From NCBI RefSeq assembly GCF_009914755.1, contig NC_060938.1: a DNA stretch of 64,000 nucleotides. One strand, 5' to 3'. Under the pieces are notes generated by a model. The model had not been told where the DNA came from and searched no databases. It saw only the letters and a program-made list of their open reading frames with translations. This stretch comes from the human T2T-CHM13v2.0 reference genome, Homo sapiens. Below, piece by piece: positions 15,203-30,140 of this stretch (positions are counted from its first letter, which is position 1; every line of letters starts with the position of its first letter). A program made the translations under genes and the position numbers.

Positions 15203-16492
15203 ACAAATACATTTTTAAAAACATAGCTTATAATAATATGCAGAGAAGTTCCATTATTTTTATGCATCCCAATGGATTATCTTGTGCACCTCCTTGGGTG
15301 AACACATCTAATTTTGGAGATTAGTATACAGACTAAACCTTAATTCCAGATTTCTCTGACATGAATAGAATACTTATTTAGACAAAGCTATGGCCAGAAA
15401 AGGGGGAATATTTAGACATGCAGCATCATATTTACTTAAGTGCCTAAATAAAATATTGCCAATTGATGAGACATAAATAATTCCCTAAAAAGTGTAAACT
15501 GAGGAATAAATACCTGCTTTCCTCTATCACTTGATAATGAGAGAAAAGAAAACTCATTGCAAGTTTAAAACTTCTCTGCAATTGCATTTTTTCAACTCTC
15601 AAATGAGTACATCAGATTATATGTTCTGTATGGCCAATTCCAGCTCTATTATATTTTAATTTTATTAGCCGAGATAGTCAAAATCTTTTACATATTCTGA
15701 TAAATTTTGTATTATGCAAAAATGTTTGTGAAAAGAATATCATTTGGCTCTCACTCTGAGATCTGAAGAAGAAGTAGGTTATAGATATATAGAGAGCAGA
15801 TGAAACTGAATTAGTATTAACTAGAACTTAAGAACAGGTTGTAGAGCAGATTCAGAGTGGTACTCAGCCAAGGCTTTAACTAGGGAATTCCTCTAAGTTA
15901 AGAGAAATATACAGATCTTGCTTGCTATCTTGGTGATCAGTTTGAAGTAAGAATACACAAGAGCACCAAAGCACAACAATGTGATGGGAATAAGCAAGGA
16001 ACAAATTTAGAAACCAGTCATATAGGTAACAACCAGGAACCAAGAATTCCATAGGAACTGGTGGCAGAAGCAACTGTGAAAGCACTTTATTCTGTGACAG
16101 GAAGAAAGGGAACTAAAACCTAGCAACTAATCTAACATTTAGAGACAGTGGACCACCACTAACAGCAACAAAAACAAACAAAACAGACAAACTTGATCAT
16201 GCTTAAGTTATGCTTTAATAAGACAACTTCTAATATTCTTCAAGCAAAGTAGCCTGGAATCCTACAGGAGTGAAGTTACCTAGAAGCCTGAGGTTAAATG
16301 GGCATGGAAATGTGGCTACAGAAAAACGTATTTTATTTTAGTGAGGAATAAAGAGGATGAAGAATAGAAGGGTTAACTCAGGATACAAGACATAAGTTGT
16401 CTTCAGCTACGGAACATTGGTTGGGACAAATAATGTTCTTATCTGGAGAGGAGATAGAAAACAGATGAAAAGGTGGTTATAACAGATAACAA

Positions 16493-16514
16493 TTTGCCCT
16501 ATTTTATTCTGCAG
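16493..16514 (+). other. Splice acceptor of the OR4N5 coding exon
   Basis: Polypyrimidine tract ttgccctattttattctgcAG ending 11 nt before the ATG; typical of OR genes with upstream non-coding exons. Confidence 0.65.
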
Positions 16515-16525
16515 AGTGAGAAATT

Positions 16526-17452
16526 ATGGAAACACAGAACCTCACAGTGGTGACAGAATTCATTCTTCTTGGTCTGACCCAGTCTCAAGATGCTCAACTT
16601 CTGGTCTTTGTGCTAGTCTTAATTTTCTACCTTATCATCCTCCCTGGAAATTTCCTCATCATTTTCACCATAAAGTCAGACCCTGGGCTCACAGCCCCCC
16701 TCTATTTCTTTCTGGGCAACTTGGCCTTACTGGATGCATCCTACTCCTTCATTGTGGTTCCCAGGATGTTGGTGGACTTCCTCTCTGAGAAGAAGGTAAT
16801 CTCCTATAGAAGCTGCATCACTCAGCTCTTTTTCTTGCATTTTCTTGGAGCGGGAGAGATGTTCCTCCTCGTTGTGATGGCCTTTGACCGCTACATCGCC
16901 ATCTGCCGGCCTTTACACTATTCAACCATCATGAACCCTAGAGCCTGCTATGCATTATCGTTGGTTCTGTGGCTTGGGGGCTTTATCCATTCCATTGTAC
17001 AAGTAGCCCTTATCCTGCACTTGCCTTTCTGTGGCCCAAACCAGCTCGATAACTTCTTCTGTGATGTTCCACAGGTCATCAAGCTGGCCTGCACCAATAC
17101 CTTTGTGGTGGAGCTTCTGATGGTCTCCAACAGTGGCCTGCTCAGCCTCCTGTGCTTCCTGGGCCTTCTGGCCTCCTATGCAGTCATCCTCTGTCGTATA
17201 AGGGAGCACTCCTCTGAAGGAAAGAGCAAGGCTATTTCCACATGCACCACCCATATTATCATTATATTTCTCATGTTTGGACCTGCTATTTTCATCTACA
17301 CTTGCCCCTTCCAGGCTTTCCCAGCTGACAAGGTAGTTTCTCTTTTCCATACTGTCATCTTTCCTTTGATGAACCCTGTTATTTATACGCTTCGCAACCA
17401 GGAGGTGAAAGCTTCCATGAGGAAGTTGTTAAGTCAACATATGTTTTGCTGA
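16526..17452 (+). CDS. OR4N5: Olfactory receptor family 4 subfamily N member 5 (308 aa, intact 7TM GPCR)
   Basis: N-glycosylation site NLT, GN in TM1, [52 protein letters not shown]; protein recognised as OR4N5. Confidence 0.95.
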   Translation: METQNLTVVTEFILLGLTQSQDAQLLVFVLVLIFYLIILPGNFLIIFTIKSDPGLTAPLYFFLGNLALLDASYSFIVVPRMLVDFLSEKKVISYRSCITQLFFLHFLGAGEMFLLVVMAFDRYIAICRPLHYSTIMNPRACYALSLVLWLGGFIHSIVQVALILHLPFCGPNQLDNFFCDVPQVIKLACTNTFVVELLMVSNSGLLSLLCFLGLLASYAVILCRIREHSSEGKSKAISTCTTHIIIIFLMFGPAIFIYTCPFQAFPADKVVSLFHTVIFPLMNPVIYTLRNQEVKASMRKLLSQHMFC

Positions 17453-17509
17453 ATAGAAGAAAGAGAAAAGCAAGAACGGAGAAAGTCCAGTTGAATTTAG
17501 CTAAATCAT

Positions 17510-18140
17510 TTCCTCATTCATGCATTGAATCAGTCAGTCATTTAGCAAGTATTATAATTATTAAGTACTTCCCATTTTCAGGCACTATTCCAGGCATATG
17601 AATGAGACAGGTAAGATTCCAGGTCTCCTAGATTTATATTCAAGGGGATAAATACAGGTTATTAGATTTATTCAAGGGGATAAATACAGTTTATTAAATT
17701 TGAAAAACAACTATAGTTTCAGAAAGAAACAGTGTTCTGTAGCAAGCAGAAAGTGGTATTATGCTAGAGATTAGCTGGGGAGGTGGTAATTACCTTACTT
17801 TTGGTTGTTAAGTGAGGCCTCAAGTGGTGTTTAGCTGAAACCAATATGATTCGAAAGAAACAACCATGCAAATATCTGGGGACAGAAATTCTAGGCAAAA
17901 AGGCTGACTAGTACAAGAATCCAAAGATCTTATGAGCTTGTTATATTTGATGACCATAAAAAGGAAGAGAACAGCTGTACTATATTTAGTGAATGTGAAA
18001 ATGGCAAAAATTGAAGTCAAAGAATTTGGTAGGGGCAAAATTATGTAGAGCATTTTAGTCAATAAGAAGTTCAATTTATTCAGATTTCAAAAGGAGATTC
18101 TTGAAAGACAATAAGCAGGAGAGTAACTCTTTAATGTTTC
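17510..18140 (-). mobile_element. L2 fragment containing a ~33-bp tandem duplication (~17629-17697)
   Basis: tcattca...catttagcaagtatt...aggcactattccagg L2 3' end; tagattta(ta)ttcaaggggataaatacag twice. Confidence 0.65.
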
Positions 18141-18863
18141 CTATTTGACTTAAGGGAAGATCCTCAAGATTCTGATTACAGAACTATGAGTAGTAAAATA
18201 TCATTAAGTGGAAAGTGCGTGCTGCTAAGTATTTTTTATTTATGTCAACACTTAAAAGGTCTAGTTACTTTTTCTAATTTGATAGAGAAAATTAAAACTG
18301 TTATATTTTATCAGAAACTGTGAAAAGACAATTTAGCTATATATTTCAAAGTTTTGCAGAGATTTCTGCTTATTCCTAATGGGTAATTTTTAAACATTAG
18401 ATAAAAACTTGAGTTCACTTACAAATTATTTCACCCTGAATGCAATGATCAATAGTTATATGTAATACAAGTTATTATTTAGATAACTAAACCACTCTGA
18501 TTATTTGAATAAGCATATATAAGGCATTAGATACTTACAAATCATTGAAGAACTATAAGACCAGGCTGTAGACCTGGCTTACTAAAATAAATTTCTAAAC
18601 ATTACCAATAAATTGGTCTATATAAGGAGTAACTGTCCCCACAGCGATTATGAATGTAGGGAACACAGAAATCATTTTTTAACTGCCAGTTCCACGATTA
18701 CAGCATTTGAACCATCTGCCTGTGATCAGGAAAATACTCAGTATTGCTCTAGTCCTATTAGACACCCCTACACAAAATGGAAACCTTACATTTTGTAATC
18801 TCTATTACCACTTCCTTCATTTCATTTTTTAAATTTACTTTTAAAACTATTAGTATTATTATT

Positions 18864-18955
18864 AAAGCCTACATAACTCAGTGGTCTCTCATCCAAGTAT
18901 TAACCAGACCCAATCCTGCTTAGCTTCTGAGATCAGACATGATCAGGCACATTCA
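18864..18955 (-). pseudogene. 5S rRNA retropseudogene, 5'-truncated with a small internal deletion
   Basis: aaagcctaca...catccaagtattaaccagacccaatcctgcttagcttctgagatcagacatgatcaggcacattca is the reverse complement of 5S rRNA; decayed tail 18824-18863; TSD cacttccttca(t/c)ttc at 18809-18823 and 18954-18968. Confidence 0.92.
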
Positions 18956-19123
18956 CTTCCTTCACTTCTAAATTTTAATCTTTCATAAGTGAATTAGAAG
19001 TCCTGAGAATATATCAGAGACTGATTTTAAACCTGGCAATCTACGAATGAGCCAGAGATTGACTGAGTCCTATGAAACCTGAAAATCAGCTTCAACTCCA
19101 CAAAACCTTTATTTAAATTAAGG

Positions 19124-19628
19124 CGCGGCTTCTTAACTTCGGCACGATTGGCGTTTTGGACAAAATAATTATTTGTTGTAAGAGGCTGCCCCGTGCATTG
19201 TAGGTTGTTTAGTAGCATTCCTGACCTCTACTTACTAGGTGCCAGGAGCATTTTCTTAGTGTAACAACCAAAAATATTTCTACATATTGCCAAATGTTCC
19301 CTAAAAGGTAAATTTTTTTTTTAATTATACTTTAAGTTTTAGGGTACATGTGCACATTGTGCAGGTTAGTTACATATGTATACATGTGCCATGCTGGTGC
19401 GCTGCACCCACTAACTCGTCATCTAGCATTAGGTATATCTCCCAATGCTATCCCTCCCCCCTCCCCCCTCCCCACCACAGTCCCCAGAGTGTGATATTCC
19501 CCTTCCTGTGTCCATGTGATCTCATTGTTCAATTCCCACCTATGAGTGAGAATATGCGGTGTTTGGTTTTTTGTTCTTGCAATAGTTTACTGAGAATGAT
19601 GGTAAATTTTTTACAATGAGAAACACAG
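19124..19628 (-). mobile_element. MER20 (hAT-Charlie) interrupted by an L1PA2 fragment
   Basis: Body matches MER20 (gtgcattgtagg...acaaccaaaaat...attgccaaatgt); 8-bp TSD aattaagg/cattaagg (19116-19123, 19629-19636). Confidence 0.85.
19319..19600 (-). mobile_element. Young L1PA2-like 3' end (~280 bp)
   Basis: ccaccacagtcccc, gtgatattcc, gtgatctc; GAG rather than ACA at the Ta site; TSD ggtaaatttttt at 19307-19318 and 19601-19612. Confidence 0.88.
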
Positions 19629-19699
19629 CATTAAGGGGATTTACTTCTGTGTCCATCTTGTAATGAGGTGTGTGAACTTTCTTTGCAGGAAGTAACATG

Positions 19700-20830
19700 A
19701 ACTGGAGCATATACAACCTATCATTTTTAATAAACAATATCCATAATTTAATAAAAATCATAAGAAACACCAGATGAGTGAAAAATTTTTCAAAATAAAG
19801 AAAAAAAGATAAATAATTGGAATATAATCAGAGTCTACCCAGAGTATGAAAGTGAATAACCGTAACATTATAATCATCATGACTAGTATGTTCAAGACAG
19901 TAGAAGAAAAGGTGTAATAAATAGATAAAAGGATAGCAAATTTCACCAATTAAAATCCATAAAGAGAAGTAAATGAAAATTGTAGAACTAAAAAATTTTG
20001 AAATTAAAAATTCATTAGATGAGTTTAAAATCAGATTAAACACAGGAGAAGACTACAGAGTGTGCTGGAAGTTAAATCGATAAAAATACTAAAATTAAGA
20101 ATGCAAATAGGAAAAATGGAAAAATACAAGAAAAAGTATTAGAGATGTGTCAGATGCAGTGAAATCTCATATATATATGTATTTCAATTACATATATATG
20201 TAATTATATATATAATTGAAGTCCAAGTGGATAGGCAAACAAGAGAATGAGAAAGGTGAAATATTTGAGGAAAGAATTACCAATAACTTTTAAAACCTGA
20301 TAAAAGACAATAAGCCACAGGAAAAAAATACACGGTGAACCACAAGCAGAATAAACAACAATGAAAAAGACCTAAACACATCAACGTGTGACAATAAAAA
20401 TTAAAAACAGAGAATCTTAGCAGCTGGGATGAGAGGCTGTCCTTTAGTTTAAAGGGAACTGATAAATTTCTTCATAAAAGAAACACAGAAGCCAGAGAAA
20501 AATGGAAAAACATCTTTAAATTGATGAAAGAAGATAATATCAACCTAAATGTCTATGTGAGATAAAGTAAATCATTTAAGTAAAGATGAGATAAAGCATC
20601 TTATGACAAAAATGAGAGAATCTGTTGCCTAAGAACTTCTAATAAATAAATATTAATAGCAGTTCTTCAAATAAAAGAATCCTGGAGAAAAACACTAAAT
20701 TAAAGGAAAAAATAAAGAAGTAGACTGGCAAATAAGTTGGCATATGTAAATAAGTATACACTGAATATTGACTATACAAGCAATAGTATGATGTCTTACG
20801 TAATTTGCTATAGATAGATACATATATACA
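19700..20830 (+). mobile_element. Old L1M/HAL1-like ORF1-region fragment
   Basis: A-rich strand with gaaattaaaaattcattagatgagttt...cagattaaacacag, aaatatttgagga, gaagccagagaaaaatgga. Confidence 0.6.
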
Positions 20831-20847
20831 CATATATAAGAATATTA

Positions 20848-22035
20848 GAAGTTTGTCTTTCTGTACCTGACTTATTTCACTTGGCATAATGACCTCCAAT
20901 TCCATCTATGTTTTGGCAAATAATAGGATCTCATTCTCTTTTATGGCTGAATGGCACTCCATTGTGTATAGGTACCATATTTTCTTTATCCATTTGTCTG
21001 TTAATAGACACTTAGGTTGATTCCAAATATTGGCAACTGTGAATAGTACTGCAATAAATATGGGAGTGGAGATATCTTTTGATATACTGTTTTTTTTTTC
21101 TCTAGGGTATATACTTAGGAGTGGGATTGCTGAATTGCAAGGTAACTCTATTTGTAGTTTTTTGAGGAACCTTCAAACTGTTCTCCCTAGAGGCTGTACT
21201 AATTTACATTCCCATCAAGTGTTCTCCACATCCCCACCAATATTTGTTATTTGATTTTCATCTCTCTGATGATCAATGATGTTGCATACCTTTTCATATA
21301 CCTGTTTGCCATTTTTATGCCTTCTTTTGAGAAATGTCTATACAAATGTTTTGCCCATATTTTGATTGGATTAATAGATTTTTTCCTATAGAGTTGTTTG
21401 AGCTCCTTGTATATTCTGGTTTTTAATCCCTTGTCAGATGGGCACTTTGCATATATTTTCTCCCTTTCTCTGGTTCAATCTTGATAGGTTGTATGTGTCT
21501 AGGAATTTATTCATTTCTTCTAGATTTTCCAATTTATTAGCATATAGTTGCTCATAGTAGCCATTAATGATCCTTTGAATGTCTGTAGTATCAGTTATAA
21601 TGTCTCCTTTTTCATCTCTAATTTGAATTATTTCAGTCTTCTCTTTGTTAATCTGGCTAAAGTTTTGTTGATTTTGTTTATCTTTTCAAAAAAGTCAACT
21701 TTTTGTTTCATTCATTTTTTGTATTGTTTTCTTCATTTCAATTTCATTTATTTCTGCTCTACTCTTTATTATTTCTTTTCTTTTGCTAATTTTGGTTTTG
21801 GCTTGCTCTTGCCTTTCTAGTTCTTTAAGATAAATCATTAGGTTTCTTATTTGAAGGTTTTTTTTCTTTTTAAAGGAAGCATTTGTAGTTATAAACTTCC
21901 CTCTTTGTTCTGCTTTTGCTATATCCCATAGGTTTTGGTAGGTTGTTTTTCATTTATCATTTGTTTTAAGGAATTTCTTGATTTCCTTCTTAATTTCTTC
22001 ACTGACCCACTAGTCATTCAGGAGCATATTGTTTT
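20848..22035 (-). mobile_element. Inverted 5' segment of an L1MA element with internal deletions
   Basis: Begins gaagtttgtctttctgtacctgacttatttcac (antisense ORF2 end), jumps at ~21470 to the endonuclease-proximal region, ends ttcaggagcatattgttt. Confidence 0.8.
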
Positions 22036-22670
22036 ATTTCTTCCAACTTGGAGCTCCACTCCATCTGTAGTGGCCATCTTCCTGAGTTGTCATGGCCAAT
22101 CAGATGCTGAAGCAAATGCTTTTAAACTATCAGGGTTACATTGGTGCAGCCCTAGTTTTAAGGAGATTGAGAGTTTTTAATGGACCTCACCTCTACAGCA
22201 TCTATCCTCATGAATAAACTGATAACTTGCCTCATCACCATGGATGCTTAGCAGCAAAGGCTGTATTTGAAGATATTCTAGGCCAGATATGGGAGAAGAG
22301 GAAGCAAAGAAGATGGTAAGTGAAGCCACTGCAGCTGGCTTCTTCAACAACCTGGGCTCTGGAAGCCACATTGATCTCAGCATTATAGGCAAGAGAAAGG
22401 TAGATTTTCTTGGCCGATTCACAGTGCCCAAAAAGAAGGGGACTAGATTTGGCAGGTACAGGTGTGAGAAAAGGGACCACTGCAGTCCTCACCAAAGAAG
22501 CCACTACTTTTTCGAGGCGTTGGAATAAAAGTCCAACCAATGGACACTTTCTGAATGGTGTCAGTGGGTGGCTGGCTATTGCTGTAGAAGATGGCAGCCA
22601 TTGGAGGCCCTCCTGCAAGACATTTATTTGGCTATGTTTGCTGAATGAAACTCAATAAAAAATGAAGACA
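22036..22670 (+). pseudogene. PSMB7P1: Processed pseudogene of proteasome subunit beta type-7, 5'-truncated
   Basis: Intronless, with frameshifts and a stop; translates to ISSNLELHS...[20 protein letters not shown]...[10 protein letters not shown]...[28 protein letters not shown]...[13 protein letters not shown]; 3'UTR with AATAAA at 22654-22659. Confidence 0.92.
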
Positions 22671-23575
22671 AAAGAAAAGAATGAATAAAACCTAGTATTT
22701 ATTTTATAGCACAACAGGATAAATATAGAGCTTATCCACTGATGGTGGGAATGTAAATTAGTTCAGCGAATGTGAAAAGCACTTTGGCAATTTCTGAAAG
22801 TTAAAACAGAATTACCATTTGACCCAGCAATTCCATTATTGGGTATATACCCAAAGGAATATAAATTGTCCTACCATAATGACACATGCATGCATGTGTT
22901 CTTCACCTCACTATTCAAAATAGCAAAGACATGAAATCAACCTCATCTCCCATCAATGGTACAATAGACAAAGAAAATGTGGTACATATATACCATGGAA
23001 TACTATGCAGCCATAAAAAGGAATGAGATCATGTCCTTTGCAGCAACCTGAATAGAGCTGGAGGCCATTATCCTAAGCAAACAAATGCAGGAACAGAAAA
23101 CCAAATGCTTACAAGTGGAAATACAAATACTCACTTCTAAGTGGAAGCTAAATATTAAGTACATATGGACACAAAGAATGGAACAACAGACCTTGGGGTC
23201 TACTTGAGGATGGAGGGTGGGAGGAGGGTAAAAATAGAAAAACTACTTACCAGGTACTATGCTTATTACCTGGGTGATGAAATAATTTGCACACCAAATC
23301 CCCGTGTCATGCAATTTACCTACATAGCAAACCTGCACATGTACCCCTGAATCTAAAATAATAATAATTATACATTTTAAAATAACTAAAAAAGTATAAT
23401 TGGATGTTTGTGACACAAAGAATAAGTTCTTGAGGAGATACATATGCCATTTTCCATGATGTGACTATTGCGTATTGCATGTATGTAACAAAGCATCTTA
23501 TGTGCCACATTAATACATGCACCTACTATGTACCCACAAAAATTAAAAATAAAAAAGTTCTTAAAGTAAAATAAA
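22671..23575 (+). mobile_element. L1MA 3'UTR end, interrupted by a younger L1 at ~22731-23360
   Basis: agaatgaataaaacctagtattt...tagcacaacagg, then ataataatt...cacctactatgtacccacaaaaattaaaaat and A-tail. Confidence 0.8.
22731..23360 (+). mobile_element. L1PA15/16-like 3' end
   Basis: ggtgggaatgtaaattagttcagc ... aacctgcacatgtacccctgaatctaaaata. Confidence 0.8.
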
Positions 23576-24386
23576 ATGAATTTTATAAAAATTAGGTGGA
23601 AAATATGAAAATCATTATATCAATGTGAATTGAGAGTCTGGATAATAATCCAACAATTTGGGCTGAATAAATCATTCTCAGAGAAGGGAGATCCAGGTAT
23701 GCTTAAATTATTCTGCTATACTGATTGGACCAAATGATTTTATTTGAATGATCACATAACATAGAGAAAGTAGCTTAGTTCCTTTTACGGATGAAATTAC
23801 TTTAAGAGGAATAAATAATAGGACTACAAAAATAAAATGCTAGATTCATGGCTTGGAACATAATAGTATGTTACCATATCAATGTTACCATTGCACTTGT
23901 TAAGAATTATAGGGAGGAAAATATGAGGAAATTTAAGTTCACTATGATAACAGTCCAAAAATGGTCAAATATTTGCACACTCATTAAGCAGTAAAGATCA
24001 GGAGAGAAATAGTTTTGCTGAGCACTGTATCTTTGCCAGATCCATGTGCAGTTGCAAATGAACTTACTTGCATACTTCACAGAAACACAAAAGACCCAGA
24101 TGCTGAAGTTGAGATAGAGTAATTGTGTTATTGTAAGAGTATACAGCACAGTGAAGGAGTAGACTTACAGCTATGGATGAGAAGTATTAAGATTTCTATC
24201 TTCAAATTCTATTACCTTTTGAAAGAAACAGGTTTTCATGCTACTCTGAATAATGCTTTCAAATATAATGGTTAGAATATAAGGCACTTATGACTAAATG
24301 CTTATATTAGTGATATTAACTATGCATAGAAAAGTGCATGTAATTAAATCTTCACTATGATATTAGATATTATTTTTAAAATTTAA

Positions 24387-26552
<2,166 letters not shown>

Positions 26553-27289
26553 TAAAATTTAAGCTGTGTGGTTAAAAGGTTAAAATGTACAGAAAATATC
26601 ACATATATTTGATTTTTCCCAAGATAATTTATATTAGGTTTGAATCTAGGCTCTGATAAAGACAAGAAAAGACATGGTGAGTAGCAACACATCTGGAATG
26701 AGACTTGGAAAATAGAGCAACCATTAGCCAAACAGAGGAGGCACTGAACTAAGTACATTTATGTATATTGTGCACTGACCTTTTCCCTTGAAATATGTGT
26801 ATATTTTCTTTTGATTTTATTCAGCTTCACTGAGTCCACGTCAGTCAGTAACACAGTATTTGTGGCTTATATCCATACTGGAAAAAGTCAAATGAACATT
26901 AAATAAAATTATTGTGAGGAAACTAGGTTTAAAGAAGACAAGTAACCCACAGACATTCCACTGGTCAAACAAAACATCACACTTTTTCTTTTTCTTTTTT
27001 TTTTTTAAGTTTGGATTAGCAAAGTAAAATGATTCACCTCATTCCTTACACCTCTTTGGGAGAGAAAAGTGAAACAATACTATAATGAATCCTAGTTTTA
27101 ACAGGATCATTATACAAAGTGTATTTTAACCTGCATTTTTTTCACTTAGAAGAATGAGCATTTTCCACATTCTTAAACAGTTTTCTCAAACATCATTTTA
27201 TTCATTGTGCAATATTACATCCTAGGATGTTCTATAATTTAAGAAAGTAAATGCAAATTGTAAATATTTAAACTGCTTCTTTTTTTAAA

Positions 27290-27860
27290 TTTGTGTAACT
27301 TTTATATTTTATTTTTATTGATATATGATAGTTGTACATATTTATACCATACATGTGATATTTTGATTGCATACAATGTGTAATAACTAAAACAGGGTAA
27401 TTTAGATATCCACTACCTCAAACATTTTTCATTTCTTTGTGTTGGAAACATTCCAAATCCTCTCTTCTGACTATTTGGAAAAATACTCTAAATTAATGTT
27501 AACTGTAGTTGCCCTAGAAATATACTATAAATTAATGTTAATTATAGAACTTATTCCTTCTATCTAACTGCATTTTTGTATCCATGAGTCAACGTCTCTT
27601 TACACCCCCTGCCCCACTATGCTTTCCACCCTATGGTAACCAGCATTCCACTCTCTACCTCCATGAAATCAACTTTTTTATCTCCCACTTATAAGTGAGA
27701 ACTTATTATATTTATCTTTCTGTCCCTGGCCTATATCATCTAACATAATGACCTCCAGTTTCATCCATGTTGCTGCCAATGACAGGACCTTGTTATTTTT
27801 ATGGCTGAATAATATTCCATTGTGTAGGTTTACCACATTTTCTTTATCCATTTTTATATA
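27290..27860 (-). mobile_element. L1MA 3' end
   Basis: tctcccacttataagtgagaac...atgacctccagtttcatccatgttgctg. Confidence 0.75.
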
Positions 27861-27967
27861 CACAGTAATGTTACCATGAAGATTTTATAACACATGCATA
27901 ATCATTTCCTTCTGATAGTTATGAGAGCTGAAAGATCTGTCTCAAAGGTTCTGCACATTTTAAAGTT

Positions 27968-29400
27968 ATTTTTTCTTTTATTTAACTTTTAAGTTCAGGG
28001 GTACATCTGCAGGTTTGTTATATAGGTAAACTTGTGTCATGGAGGTTTGTTATATTGATTATTTCATCATCCAGGTATTAAGCTTAGAATCCATTACTTA
28101 TTTTTCATGATCCTCTCCCTCGTCCCATCCTCCATCCTTTGATAAGCCCCATTGTCTGTTGTTCCCCTCTATGTCTGTGTCATTTAGCTGCCACTTACAA
28201 GTGAGAACATATGGTATGTAGTTTTCTGTTCCTGCATTAGTTTGCTAAGGATAATAGCCTCCAGCTCCATCCATATTTCTGCAAAGGAGTATTTATATTT
28301 CCACTCATAAGTATTGGTTTTCTATTCCTGTGTTAGTTTGCTTAGGATAATGGCCTCCAGCTCCATTCAGGTTGCTGCAAAGTATATGATCTCATTCTTT
28401 ATTTTATGGCTGCATTGTATTTCATGGAGTATATGTACCACATTTTCTTTATCCAGTCTCCCATTGATGGCATTTAGGTTGAATCTATGTCTTTGCTATT
28501 GTGAATAGTGCTTCAATGAACATACGTGTGCATGTGCCTTTATGGTGGAACAATTTATATTCCTTTGGGTGTATACCCAGTAATGGGATTGCTGGGTTAA
28601 ATGGTAGCTCTATTCTTACGTCTCTGAGGAATTGCCACAGTTTTCCATAAAGGTTGCACTAATTTACACTTCACTGGTACAAAAAAGGATGCATAGACCA
28701 ATGGAACAGAATAGAGAGCCCAGAAATATGGCTGCATACCTACAATAATCTCATCTTTGATGAAGTTGACAAAAGTAATGGGGAAAGGATTCCTAATCAA
28801 TAAATGGTGCTGGGATAACTTGCTAGCCATATGCAGAAGATTGAAACTGGACCTCTTCCTTACACCATATACAAAAATTAACTCAAGATGTATTAAAGAC
28901 TCAAATGTAAAACCAAAAACTATAAAAACTCTGTAAGACAACCAGGCAATACCATTCAGGACATGGGAACAAATATTTCATGACAAAGACACCAAAAGCA
29001 AAAATTGACAAATGGGATCTAATAAAACTAAAGAGCTTCTGCACAGCAAAAGAAACTATCAAGAGAGTAAACAGCCAACCCACAGAATTGGAGAAAACTT
29101 TTACAAACTATATCTGACAAAGGTCTAATATCCACATCTATAAGAAATATAAACAAACTTACAAGAAAAAAATAACCCCATTAAAAATTGGGCAAATGAC
29201 ATGAACAGACACTTTTCAAAAGAAGACATACATGTGGCCAACAAATATATGAAAAAAAAAACTCAACTTCACTGATCATTAGAGAAATGCAAATCAAAAC
29301 CACAATGAGATACCATCTCTCACCAGTCAGATGGCTATTATTAAAAAGTAAAAAAATAACAGATGCTGGCAAGGTTGTGGAGAAAAAGGAATGCTTATAC
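27968..29400 (-). mobile_element. L1PA13-like element with 5' inversion (antisense 27968-28671, sense ~28672-29400)
   Basis: Strand switch at taatttacact|tcactggtacaaaa; the two parts are adjacent in the L1 consensus; flanking aaagtt on both sides; ~70-bp internal duplication (~28221-28290 / 28318-28385). Confidence 0.85.
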
Positions 29401-29937
29401 AAAGTTTTTGAAAGACAGACAACTGAAAACATTTTAGAGCCTAAGATACTTTCAGAGGAGAGCAGGTACAAAAAGGTGACCAAGTGACATGAGCATTTGA
29501 GAGCAAACAGTGTGGCAGGCACCTAGAGTAAATAATATGTAATAAGAAAGAAAACACTACTTAAAAAGAGGTGAACTATTCTTCAGAGAGAAAGTTTTAG
29601 ACAGCAATTTGTCAAATACACTGTATCTCATATTTATATTTGAGTTGATAAAAGTTAAAATCAAATTAGCTAATAAATAACAAAACCCTGAAATGGGGCT
29701 AGAATAATGGATCCATAAACAATGACGATAGATATATTAATAATAGATTCATTAAGTACTGGGCCTGAGAAACCACTGAGAGTTGGAGCTCAACCACCTT
29801 ATTTTACCAATGAAGAAACTGAACCCAGAGGAAAAGATAAGGCAGCTATTGGAGATAAAGCTGGTTCCAGTATCAGTCTGCCATCTTCATTTCAACATTC
29901 TTTTCAAATATCATGCTGATCCTTTTTTAAAAAAAAA

Positions 29938-30140
29938 ATTTATTTTAGGTTCAGGGGTACATGCACAGGTTCGTGATACAGGTAAACTTGGGGATTTGTT
30001 GTACAGACAATGTTGTGACCCAGGTACTAAGCCTAGTATCCAATAGTTATTTTTTCCTGCTCCTCTCCCTACTCCCACCCTACTACTACCCTCTGGTAGG
30101 CCCCAGTGTCTGCTGTTCCCCACTTTGTGTGCACATGTTT
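29938..30140 (-). mobile_element. Short old L1PA 3' end
   Basis: ttttaggttcaggggtacatgcacagg...aggccccagtgtctgctgttcccc. Confidence 0.75.

Noticed and set aside
16516-17350. Alternative-frame and antisense ORFs overlapping OR4N5
   Set aside because: By-products of the real CDS codon structure.
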